Origin: Eledone cirrhosa
Lineage: Eukaryota
Reading direction: 5' to 3'
Length of the DNA: 64,000 bases
Assembly: GCA_964016885.1 (NCBI GenBank)
Contig: OZ024757.1
Location: 9,238,001-9,302,000 of the forward strand
Shown one piece after another: positions 29,472 through 43,119 of the stretch. The position numbers and the translations under genes are program-made. The notes below the pieces were generated by a model. The model made no database searches, had not been told where the DNA came from, and saw only the letters and a program-made list of their open reading frames with translations. Each line of letters opens with the position of its first letter. Position 1 is the stretch's first letter.

Positions 29472-30305
29472 ATCATCATCATCATTATCATTTAACGTCT
29501 ATCTTCAACACTAGCATGGGTTAGACGGGAATTGTCCTACTTCAGGGAGGATTGATCGGGTGACAGTGTCTCGCTCGTATAGGACTGTATATGGCAGGTT
29601 TTCTACAGCTGGATGCCCTTCCTAACACCAACCACATTTCCAGTGTGGACTGGGAGCCTTTTCGTGATGACACCTACACTACCTCTTTAGTTTGGACTGG
29701 ATATTGTGGTACCAACATAACTTTACAGAGACAGGCTGGTGCTGGTGGGAGTGGGAGGATGGAGTAGGGCGTGTGGGTTGGGGTGTATATTTGGTTAGGA
29801 GGGGCCTACTGACTGTAGGTTAACTTTGCACGTAGGGAAGGCAGGTCTTCTCTGTTACTGTGTGGTGCCATAGATCTCGATCCAGTGACATTGTCTTAGA
29901 GAGGTGTAAGTGTGCAAGGTTGGATTTTATGTCATCCCAGGTTTTTCTGGGTCTACCTACTCCGTAACTTCCATCAATTTTGATATCCCTGCACTTTTTT
30001 TTTCAGATGTCATCTTTCATGCACATCACATGACCATACCAACGTAATCTTCACTCAAGTAAACAGCATCTGATCCCTCTTATTCCTAATTCTCACTTAG
30101 TTTGTTTATGTTTTGCCATTCATGTATATTACAATTACACATCCAACAGAGCATGCATGCTTCGTTTCTTTCCAATCTGCGCAGGTCCTCTGCACACAAT
30201 GTCCATGTCTCACTGCCATGTAACATTGCTGTTCGTATGCACGCATCATACAACCTGCCTTTCATTTTTAGAGAAACTTTTTGTGTCCAGCAGCGGTATT
30301 AGCTC
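29472..30305 (-). mobile_element. 3' portion of an RTE LINE (inverted copy of 45507-46340)
   Basis: (CAT)n tail at ~29472-29490. Reverse complement encodes a homologue of MLHGSETW..LERNEACML. Confidence 0.9.
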
Positions 30306-30314
30306 ATTGTGACA

Positions 30315-30822
30315 TGTGAGAGAAACCATTCTCTTTGAATGTTACATTAACTACACACAAACATATACATACAGCTCGGAAGCCATATCACTTTGATATA
30401 TTTGGTAAATCTTTCTCTAAATGTTGTGGCTTCACTAGACACTAACATATACAGGAGAGGAACTATATCACCGTGATGTCTGTGGTACCTCACTCTCTAA
30501 ATGTTGTGGCTTCACTACATACTAACATATACAGGAGAGGAACCATATCACTGTGATGTCTGTGGTACCTCACTCTCTAAATTTTGTGGCTTCACTACAC
30601 ACTAACATATACAGGAGAGGAACCATATCACTATGATGTCTGTGGTACCTCACTCTCTAAATTTTGTGGCTTCACTACACACTAACATATACAGGAGAGG
30701 AACCATATCACTATGATGTCTGTGGTACCTCACTCTCTAAATGTTGTTGCTTCACTACACACTAACATATACAGGAGAGGAACCATATCACTGTGATGTC
30801 TGTGGTACCTCACTCTCTAAAA
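30315..30822 (+). pseudogene. Degenerate C2H2 finger array turned 80-bp minisatellite (~5 copies)
   Basis: ACAGGAGAGG at 30451, 30531, 30611, 30691 and 30771. The unit translates TGEEPYHCDVCGTSLSKCCGFTTH*, i.e. an 84-bp finger minus 4 bp. Confidence 0.9.
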
Positions 30823-30949
30823 TTTGTTTGCTTTTAAGAAACCACTGGTAAATGAAATAATTGCCTTATGTTATTTATTACATAACTATTAAGCTCTGTT
30901 ACCTACATAGAGCACTCTTTTTTCCTGGACTTTTCCGACGGAATTACTT

Positions 30950-30980
<31 letters not shown>

Positions 30981-31279
30981 ACGAAAAAAATGAAACAAAA
31001 TTTCATTTCCCACTCTTAGTACGGTTGTTACTTAAATATAAGTATGTATACGTACATACATATATGTATACAGACGTACAGTAGTATGTATATATATATA
31101 CATACATGCACACATATATATATGTACGTATGGATTCACCAAACATTCATTACAATGCTCGGTGTGTTTGTAAACAAACATCCTGTATTAAGCCGTAGTG
31201 TCCAGCAACCATCGTTGCTCGTTTGTTCAACACTGACAAAGGAACGCTGTACTAGTTTCAAGCTTGTTAGCTATCGTCA

Positions 31280-31391
31280 GCAACGTATACCTTCCTGCCG
31301 ATATGCAAATTGGGCTACTCAGCCATTAATATGCATAAGGAAATTATATACTTTCGGACGTTCAACCATCTGGCAGGAAGGTATACGTTGC
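31280..31391. repeat. Perfect 20-bp inverted repeat around a 72-bp spacer
   Basis: GCAACGTATACCTTCCTGCC (31280-31299) and GGCAGGAAGGTATACGTTGC (31372-31391). Confidence 0.85.
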
Positions 31392-31845
31392 AATTTGTAT
31401 ATAATAGGGGTTAATTTGAAGCAGAAAATGTTGGGGACCACTTAAGACAACAAATCGTCCTTTTTATTTTATAACAATTATTATTATTATTATCATATAT
31501 ATATATTTTAGTCAACTTTGCTCCTCTCCTAAATCTGCTGCTCTTGAGCCTAATTTACAAATCAATAGAGATTTAACTAGTTTTAGCAAATAATATTTGT
31601 TGTTTCATATTTCTTGAAACATTTCTTATAATTGACTGTGACTAACAACAATCAGTAAACTATACCATCAATACCCCCCAGTGATACAAACCTGGACAGT
31701 GTGGAAGAATTCTCTCAGGCATGGAGAACACTAGGTACCAGTTACCTTGTGGTCCCAGGAGAGGACAGAATGGTGAAAGGGGGTTACCCTGGAGGACAGC
31801 AAGTGAGATGTGTTGAAATAGCTTTTAAAACTTGTGGGGCTCTCA

Positions 31846-32140
31846 CCTGTGTGTGGCCAACTCCACCCTGAGAACAGTTAGTAGGGAGCTGGTATAGGGA
31901 CCAAGTCTGACAATTTTCTCCACCACTATAGTTTAACAAGACACTCCTGTGTGTGGCTAACTCCACCCTGATAACAGTTAGTAGGGAGGTGGTATAGGGA
32001 CCAAGTCTGACAATTGTCTCCACCACTATAGTTTAACAAGACACTCCTGTGTGTGGCTAACTCCACCATGATAACAGTTAGTAGGGAGGTAGTTTAGGGA
32101 CCAGAATGCCAGAAATCTCCATTACTACAAGTTCAACAAC
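31846..32140. repeat. 100-bp tandem repeat, ~3 copies
   Basis: CTCCACCMTG at 31861, 31961 and 32061 with a conserved intervening sequence. Confidence 0.9.
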
Positions 32141-32333
32141 AAACAACTAATACTTCAACAGTTTGTGATCTTTTGTGACTAAGTTTTAATTTTTCTTGTT
32201 ACTTTAGGGAAACAATGATATCAACAAAGTTAGTGGCCCTATAACCAGGATATTGTCAAATTTCTAAATTTCAGTTGTAAAATATACAAAGAGTGATAGA
32301 ATTTCAGTCATTTTAAACAACATTGAAGTGTTT

Positions 32334-33485
32334 GTGTTAGATGTATTAAAACTACTCACAAGATGATATCATTACATATGGTGTTAATAACAGAGATTTA
32401 GATGGGTGTTAGATGTATTAAAACTACTTACAAGATGATATCATTACATTTGGTGTTAATAACAGAGATTTAGATGGGTGTTAGATGTATTAAAACTACT
32501 TACAAGATGATATCATTACATATGGTGTTAATAACAGAGATTTAGATGGGTGTTAGATGTATTAAAACTATTTACAAGATGATATCATTACATATGGTGT
32601 TAATAACAGAGATTTAGATGGGTGTTAGATGTATTAAAACTACTTACAAGGTGATATCATTACATATGGTGTTAATAACAGAGATTTAGATGGGTGTTAG
32701 ATGTATTAAAACTACTTACAAGATGATATCATTATATATGGTGTTAATAACAGAGATTTAGATGGGTGTTAGATGTATTAAAACTACTAACAAGGTGATA
32801 TCATTATATATGGTGTTAATAACAGAGATTTAGATGGGTGTTAGATGTATTAAAACTACTTAGAAGATGATATCATTACATATGGTGTTAATAACAGAGA
32901 TTTAGATGGGTGTTAGATGTATTAAAACTATTTTCAAGATGATATCATTACATATGGTGTTAATAACAGAGATTTAGATAGGTGTTAGATGTATTAAAAC
33001 TACTTAGAAGATGATATCATTACATATGGTGTTAATAACAGAGATTTAGATGGGTGTTAGATGTATTAAAACTATTTTCAAGATGATATCATTACATATG
33101 GTGTTAATAACAGAGATTTAGATGGGTGTTAGATGTATTAAAACTACTTACAAGATGATATCATTATATATGGTGTTAATAACAGAGATTTAGATGGGTG
33201 TTAGATGTATTAAAACTACTTACAAGATGATATCATTACATATGGTGTTAATAACAGAGATTTAGATGGGTGTTAGATGTATTAAAACTACTTACAAGAT
33301 GGTATCATTACATATGGTGTTAATAACAGAGATGTAGATGGGTGTTAGATGTATTAAAACTACTTACAAGGTGATATCATTACATGTGGTGTTAATAACA
33401 GAGATTTAGATAGGTATTCGATGTATTAAAACTACTTACAAGATGATATCATTACATATGGTGTTAATAACAGAGATTTAGATGG
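32334..33485. repeat. 72-bp AT-rich minisatellite, ~16 copies
   Basis: GTGTTAGATGTATTAAAACTACTTACAAGATGATATCATTACATATGGTGTTAATAACAGAGATTTAGATGG at 32334, 32406, 32478, etc. Confidence 0.97.
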
Positions 33486-33694
33486 CAAAATAACAAAATG
33501 TTGAAGTTACAGACTTGATAAATTCCTTAAATATAATTCTTTTATTAACATCAAATAGAATGAAATTTAGGACATAAATAGAATTTATAAAATTAATTAT
33601 GAAAAATTAATAAATTGTTTACAAAACAATGAAATCAATAAAAAAAAAAGGGAGTCAGAAAGAAAAAGAAAAACAGGTAAAACTACTCCTTCAA

Positions 33695-35787
<2,093 letters not shown>

Positions 35788-36584
35788 AGTAATTCTTGAA
35801 GAATTCTTCAAAGTTCTGAAGATATATGACTGTGTAAGACAGATGTTGGTATAAGAAAGTGTAAGAGAGATAGTGTGTGTGTGTGTGTTTGTGTCTTAAT
35901 AAATGAGGATTGTTCTCCACTGAGTGTAGAAAAGTACACAATATCTGCTGTGTTAACAATACAAATAATACGTATTTTATATTTCAAGTCCAAGTGTAAA
36001 GTCAGGAAAGACCAGGGAAGCTAATTGTTCAGATGTTGGTGATTTAAACCTATTTCTCACTGTCCTGTAACATGTGGAACAACCAATTCACGATGTAGCG
36101 TAGTTTCTCATGAAATGAAATATTTAATCATGTAGGAGATGGAACACCTACCCTGGAACATGTAGCTCACTCTATGTTATCTACAGAATATTAACTTTCA
36201 CCTTAACATGAGATAATTGATACACAAGATATAATTAGATTAATTAAAGTTATTAAGATAGCAGGTACGTGGTGTCGTTAATAATGTTTTCCCGGTCTTA
36301 AATAAAGCCGGTGTCATACGTTAAAAGTCCCTGACCTAATTTAATTCCTTCAGAAAGACCTTCAGTTATATCAATTCACTCCAGCAATTGTATCCAACCC
36401 ATGGTAAAACAAACAACATCTCCCAGTAAAATATTTATTACGTAACAACGAGGGAGTCTCTTACCTGGTTACTTGCCCTGGTAGAAATAGCAGCCAAATA
36501 ACCCTCTAGCTCTAAATAAACATCGGCCATATTCTGCAATTTAGTCACACATAAACACACACAAACGTGTATGTTTATATACAT

Positions 36585-36643
<59 letters not shown>
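36585..36643. repeat. (CA)n(TA)n microsatellite
   Basis: Directly visible. Confidence 0.95.
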
Positions 36644-36648
<5 letters not shown>

Positions 36649-36771
36649 ACGTGATGGTCACGGCTGGAACAACTTTAAATAAAGGATTATTCAATCATTC
36701 TAAGGCGATATTTATATAAAGCTAAAGTGGAGTTATCTCCCCTGGTAGTTTACTACATCACGTGGTCTGTG

Positions 36772-37260
36772 TGTCATCATCCTTATCACTGTTTAACGCC
36801 ACGCTAGCATGGGTCAGACTAATTGCCTTATTGTGGGATCAGATGACTGTGTCTTGCTCATACAGAACTGTTTCTAGCTTGGTCTCTACGTCTTCCCTTT
36901 TAACGTCAACCACATTTTCAGTGTGGAGACTGAGTGTTTTTATCATGGCTCCAAAACGACAACTTTACAGCGTGAACTCGGCACTTTTTGTCGTGTTACC
37001 AACGTGACCAGATGACAGTATGGAGTGGCCGCCTTTTGTCGTAGCACCAAAATGACCAAATTACAGTGTGGACTGGGAAAGTTTTATCACGTCAACAACA
37101 CGACCACTTTACTGTGTCGGCTCGACGCTTTTCATCTTGTCACCAAGTTTGGGGTAGGCGTATATTGTGGTGTCACCATCACGATATTGGAGGCTAGACG
37201 TTTGGGTCGCTACCAAACCTACTCTACTGGGTGGACTGGGTTCCCCAACATAACGACCAT
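36772..37260 (-). mobile_element. Degraded RTE 3'-UTR-like fragment
   Basis: CATCAT..TTTAACG..CTAGCATGGGTCAGAC..CTTGCTCATACAGAACTG resembles the RTE 3' end at 29472-29600. Recurrent CAGTGTGGACTG-like motifs. Confidence 0.55.
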
Positions 37261-37269
37261 AAAGTACAG

Positions 37270-38561
37270 TTTGGTGCTCCTCGAGTTTTAGGGATTCAAA
37301 CTCACACTCAGACAGACATTTTCAGTGTTATATATATACTAGCAGTGGTACCCGGCGTTGCACGGGATCTGTATTTTGGAACGCGGGCAGCCAACAGACT
37401 TAATCGTGGAAAATCTGCATGCCTGGACAATATGTAAAGAAAATAAACCGAAAATAAACCGAATACTCTGATGGATAGATAATCTTTAAGATTTTCCTCG
37501 ATGAAGCTGGAAAAATGTAGACCCTAGGGATTCAAGAAAATAATTTTTTTTATGTGCATAATTTGCCTTGAAATTTCGATAAAAGTGGCTATACGTAACG
37601 CCTCCAAAAAGCCTGAAAAAGCTGAAAAAGCTGAAAAAATGAAGTTTTTCACCTAATGTGGGCCCTAGGCCATAAAAAAGTTGGATTTTCTTTGCTCGCG
37701 GTATGAAGAAGAGACTGACTAATACATAGTTACAATTTCAAGGTAATCGGTCTGACGTAACGCCTAAAAAAAACCTAAAAAACTGAAAAATCGCAGTTTT
37801 TCACCTAATGCGGGCCCTAGATGATCAAAAAGTAATACACATGTAAAGTTTGATTCCCTGAAACATAAGTATTACATTTGTAAAGTTTGAAAACAGTCGG
37901 TATGGTGCTTCTCGAGTTTTAGAGATTCACACTCACACACACACAGACAGATATCCTCAGTGTTATATATATACTAGCAGTGGTACCCGGCGTTGCACGG
38001 GATAAGGTATTTTGGAACGCGGGTTGCGAATAGACCTAATCGTGGAAAAACTGCATGCCTGGACAATATGTAAAGAAAATAAACCGAATACTCTGATGGC
38101 TGGATAATCTTTAAGATTTCCCTCGATGAAGCAGGAAAAATGCAGGTTTTCACCTAATGCGGGCCCTAGGGGATCAAGAAAGTGAATTTTTTTTATGTGC
38201 ATAATATGCCTTGAAATTTCGGGAAAATCGGCTAGACATGACGCCTCCAAGAAGCCCTAAAAGGCTGAAAAAATGAAATTTTTCACCTAATGCGGGCCTA
38301 GGCCATAATAGAGTTGGATTTTCTTTGCTTACGGTATGAAAAAGAGACTGACTAATACATAGTTACAATTTCAAGGAAATCGGTCTGACGTAATGCTACA
38401 AAAAAACCCTAAAAATGTTCAAAAACGCAGTTGAATTTTTTTTATGTGCATAACACTCCCTGAAACATAAGTAATACACATGTAAAGTTTGAAAAAAATC
38501 AGTTGGGTACTGCTCCAGTTTTAGGGATTCAAACTCACATACACAGAGACAGACATCGACA

Positions 38562-38575
<14 letters not shown>
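37270..38575 (-). mobile_element. Head-to-tail tandem of non-autonomous Helitron-like elements (~635-bp period, 2 full copies + 1 partial)
   Basis: TATATACTAGCAGTGGTACCCGGCGTTGCACGGGA occurs twice (CTAG at 37339 and 37974). On the minus strand this is the hairpin CCCGTGCAACGCCGGG followed by CTAG|T, the canonical Helitron 3' end. The other end (GAGTTTTAGGGATTCAAACTCAC..ACAGAC..TATATA) occurs three times. Confidence 0.75.
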
Positions 38576-38626
<51 letters not shown>

Positions 38627-39150
38627 CATGAGAGAGAGAGAGAGAGAGAGAGAGTAGACACACAATGACAGACAGAATCAGTATTTCATTTATGGACCTC
38701 AAAATATAGAAGCAGCTTCACCTCAGTGGGATTTTTACTCTGAGAGCTAGAGCAGACACTGAACATATATCCAGATGTGCACACATCTATAAATATACAC
38801 ATATCTACACACACATACACATATTTATACACACGTAATTATACTCACATAAAGATATACATATACACAAATCATTTTTCGCATGTGGAGCGTACTTCAT
38901 CTTTATACTGTATATGTGTACTGTATATGTGTGTGTATATATATGTGTATATTTATGAGTGTATATGTGTATATTTATGAGTGTATGTATGTACGTATTT
39001 GTATGAGTGGCCGTATGTATGTATGTCTATGTTTGTGTCTACGTGCGCTTATATGTATGTGTATACGCATGTATATGCGTATTTGTGTGTATATATATAT
39101 ATGGATATGTGTGCATGTGTATTTTTGTGTATTTATATATATATATATTT
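38566..39150. repeat. (TA)n, (GA)n and TA/TG low-complexity tract
   Basis: Directly visible. Confidence 0.9.
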
Positions 39151-39442
39151 GACGCTATAGTCACTTATATATTATGGAATACTGTTGGCTTCTTGCTACA
39201 ATAATTTCTATACTTTTCATTTATATATATATATATGTAGTATAACAATAAAATGTTAAAGGTAATCCGATAAGAGTCTACGAAAACGTCTCATGGACAG
39301 TTTAAGCACACGGTAGTATGGGACTCAACAAGATGTTTACTTTGGGGACAATTGTGCTTGTCTTCCTATGTAAATATATCTTGGAGTAATAACAAAGTTA
39401 AGAATAACATGGTTGACAAAACAATCAAGGGTATTTAATTAT

Positions 39443-39548
39443 AGTCTTACAATTGTTTCCATGGTGGAATTGTCTATAAATTACTAATACTGGAGAAGTA
39501 TAAATCAACTTACAATACATTTAAATCAAACCATTTCATCAGAAACTC
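39443..39548 (-). ncRNA. Candidate minimal type I hammerhead ribozyme (Penelope-like element type)
   Basis: Minus strand reads AGTTT-CTGATGA-A-ATGGT...ACCAT-G-GAAAC-AATT-GTA-AGACT. Both core boxes are present, with stem I AGUUU/AGACU, stem II AUGGU/ACCAU and palindromic stem III ACAATTGT. Confidence 0.6.
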
Positions 39549-39933
39549 TTAATAAATATAAAATATATGCCTAACGGTAAACTTAAAAGCACTACAACGG
39601 AATTGGCTGTCAGAAGTGAAAGTAGAAGAATATGACGTCATTCGTCAACCTTCGTTTATTTCCGTATCACCACGGGTTTATTAATGTTTATTTACGTTAG
39701 CGTAGTAATCAATGAAAATATATTTATTTCGCTCTGTATATCAAATTAGAAAACAAGTTAGCGTAATCGATTTGTTTTCAAATGAAAATACATTTATATA
39801 TTTCAATAATGTTTCAATAGCATGGATACAGTAAAGTGAGTAGATTTGCAAACACATCGATTACGCTAACACCACCAATGCAGACTCTCACACAATCCCC
39901 ACCACCGCCATGTGTAAATAAATAAACTTTGAA

Positions 39934-40601
39934 ATCACCACGTTCATGTAAAACTTGGTTTTTCACTTTGGGATAATACACGTATTTGCAAGTTGAAAAA
40001 TATGAATTCTACATTATACCCCAGCGTGGAGTTAATCATCGCCATATTTCCATCGCTACCCCTACTACAGCAGATACTATTAATTGGTTAAAAAACATGG
40101 ACTTAATCCTGTATGTTATTAAAAGGTTCCCGAGTAGTACAGTAAATTAAAGCCTTTACGAACGGAACTATGCAATGAAAGTATTTTTAATAAGTGTATC
40201 TCATCGTAAACGTATCTCTTAGAAATTCATAAATGGCTGTGTAAACCCTTACACTTTAAAACAAAATTACAAACCAATTATGTGGTCATTGAAGTTACTA
40301 GAAATAGCAGGCAAATCTTATACCCTCTGCCACATCCTGTGTTCCTGGCAGCTGAGTATCAACCATCCATAAAGAATCTTCAATGTCTGCCAGTATTACA
40401 GAACAAGGTTATCTTGTAGTTACCCGCGTTAATTTGTTTTTTGTTAAGAAAGTTTTCTAATTTTATAACTATGACTATGAAATAAAACGCGTGGAGATAT
40501 GGAAACAAATCGATTACGCTCAACGTAAATAAACATAAATAAGTTGCAAATACGTGTATTATCCCAAAGTGAAAAACCAAGTTTTGCATCAACGTGGTGA
40601 T
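39934..40601. mobile_element. MITE/foldback-like element with ~57-bp terminal inverted repeats
   Basis: ATCACCACGTTCATGTAAAACTTGGTTTTTCACTTTGGGATAATACACGTATTTGCAA (~39934-39991) matches the reverse complement of ~40544-40601. No clear target-site duplication seen. Confidence 0.65.
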
Positions 40602-40674
40602 GCATCAACGCTGGAAGATCCCACTCAGGATGAGAGAGCAGCCCGGGTGCCGGTAGCCGATGCCCTCGCTTCCT

Positions 40675-41950
40675 CTTTTATGGTGATTATTTCATATTAA
40701 GGTGGACGTTAATGTTTGTAAATAACATAAGGTGACTTATTTACCTTATAGTTGTTGTTTTATCACCTGTATCATTAAATATTGAAGTGGTTGTTCAACA
40801 TTTTACAGGACAGGAAAATATTATTTTAATCAGAAATCAGTGAATATTTAGTTTTTACTAACTTTTCTTGACTTTATATTTGGTCTTGACAACTAAAGTA
40901 CGTATTATTTCGTTTTCCACCACAACACAAACATTGTGAACTTTTCTATCTGAAGTGAAATATCTTGATTTATTACAACACCTACACACATATTTCTACA
41001 CACACACACACAAATTTCTATACACACACACATCTCTCTACCCCCCCCCCCCACCATCTCTCACACTCTCTCTCTCTCTCTCTGATTGAATTATTCATAT
41101 ATATAATATATGCTTGAATTTTCTTCGTCAAAAATCAGTCTTATGTTGTCATATATTTCCATTCAAGGTTGATAAAAAACAATACCAGTCTACCACTGGG
41201 GTCTGTTCTTCCTCTCTATATTTCTATCTCACTTCCTCTCTCTCATTCTCTCTCCTTCTCTAGAAGAAATCAACTGTTCAAACCTGTAGCGTGAAGGGCT
41301 CCACCAAGCTTCAAATGTCCACTGTGACATTCTTATGACTCCATCATTAAAAAACAAAATAAAAGAATTATGTGTTTATTTTGTAAACCTTAACTGGTTT
41401 ATATCTGACAAAATATCCACATGTGTAAATAAAACCAATTCTATAACTTTAATATTTGTTGGATGGTACTTTCATGACAGTTGAAATTTTGACTTTTTAA
41501 AAAAAGATAATTCACATTTGAAAATACTTTACAACTTTCTTCTCTTTTTCTTCACCCATTCCTGAGAGGGTTGTAGGGGGTAGAGTCCTCACACACCCCT
41601 TATCAGTCTAATGTTTGTAAAATTTCCTCTATACACTACACTCACACAACAACAGATCACTCTGCACACACACACCACATCAAAACACCACAATATACAC
41701 CCCATCCCACACAACAGACACACATCATGCCACACCACACCACATCCAACACATACCACACCACAACACAACACATACAAACCAGGTAGTTATACCAACC
41801 CTGTATCTTGGTTTTAGTGATATTTTTGTAACAAATCCCAACATCCCAGACCTTAGAAAGTGGAGTGGAACTCATCAGATTGGACATTAAATGATGAGCT
41901 GTGACATCATTGGTGTCAACCTGTTTCAGCCATACCTTTGGACAACAATG
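40675..41950 (+). repeat. Third copy of the ZF-A/B cassette flanks, lacking the zinc-finger array
   Basis: 40675-41010 is near-identical to ~48268-48600. ~41158-41545 matches ~51022-51430, and ~41882-41948 matches ~51597-51662. Confidence 0.85.
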
Positions 41951-41968
41951 TATAGATATATAGAAATC

Positions 41969-41977
<9 letters not shown>

Positions 41978-41999
<22 letters not shown>

Positions 42000-43107
42000 A
42001 ATTATTGTGTACAGTGCTCAGGTGCACTACAACTCGTCAAAGGTATATGTATAGTACATAGAAAAATAAACAAATGTCAGGGAAATGAATAGTGTATGAG
42101 TCATGATATACAAGTGTCTATGTGTATGGAGGGGGAACATTAGGTGTAGTGTTGGTGAATCTCGGGAAGCATGGAGGCCTTAAAGGATGCAGTGTCTTGA
42201 CAGCTAACAACTGATGGAGGTTTTAAAGGATGCAGTGTCTCAACAGCTAACAACTGATGCAGGTAGTTTGTTCCATGCTTCAACAACTCTGAGCGTGAAA
42301 AAATGTTTCCGAAAGTCATGGGAACTGTGCTGTTTTCTGACTTTGTGGGCATGTCCATGTGTGTTAGACACATGGAAATCAAAAAGGTGCTCAGGGTTGT
42401 TGTTGGCAAGATGGTTAACAATTTTGTGGGTGTTTACCAAGTCAGTTGCCAGGCGTCGGAGCTTCAATGAATCCATGCCCAGGGAAGCAAGGCGTTCAGA
42501 GTATGGTAGATGCCTGATGGAGGGTATTCGCTTGGTTGCACGTCTCTTAACAGTTTCCAGGCGGTCAATGTTCTGAGCAAGATAGGGATTCCAGACTGGT
42601 GATGCAAATTCTAAGTGTGGCCGCACCATAGCCATGTACAGCCTTAAATAGATAGCTGGAGAGTGGCTGACAAAGGTCTTGCTGAGTGATGCTGAGACAC
42701 CTTCAGCCCCTTGATAATTTTAGAGACATGCTTCGTCCAACGCAAATCATTGCATTGTGTCTAGGTCAGACTGCAAGCAAGATCTATAGTGTTCAGGATC
42801 TGTCCTTTTTATCCCAAGGTACAGCTTGATGTCATCTGCGTACTTTAGTACTGTGGTATTCTTTAAGTTGGTATCTATGTCATTAATATATGCCACAAAC
42901 AAAAGGGGACCAAGAATAGATCCCTGTAGTACACCAGATGACATCTCATATGGTGAGGAATGCTATCCCAGAACCGTGACTACCTCTCTTCGACTGAGAA
43001 TGAAGGACTTCAACCAGTTAAAAACATCATCCTTCACACCCATTGGAGAGAGTTTTGCCATAAGTCTTTTGTGTGGCACAGAATTGAAAGCTTTCGCAAA
43101 GTCAAGG
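41978..43107 (-). mobile_element. 5'-truncated CR1-type LINE (RT C-terminal half and 3' end)
   Basis: LDFAKAFNSVPH, GVLQGSILGPLLF, YADD and VRPHLEFASPVWNP motifs; (TTA)n tail at ~41978-41996. Same family as 55441-60170, with an internal deletion near 42750. Confidence 0.92.
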
Positions 43108-43119
43108 TATATATATATA

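Noticed and set aside
38396-39204. YI/CV-rich ORFs
   Set aside because: Translations of (TA)n/(TG)n low-complexity DNA.
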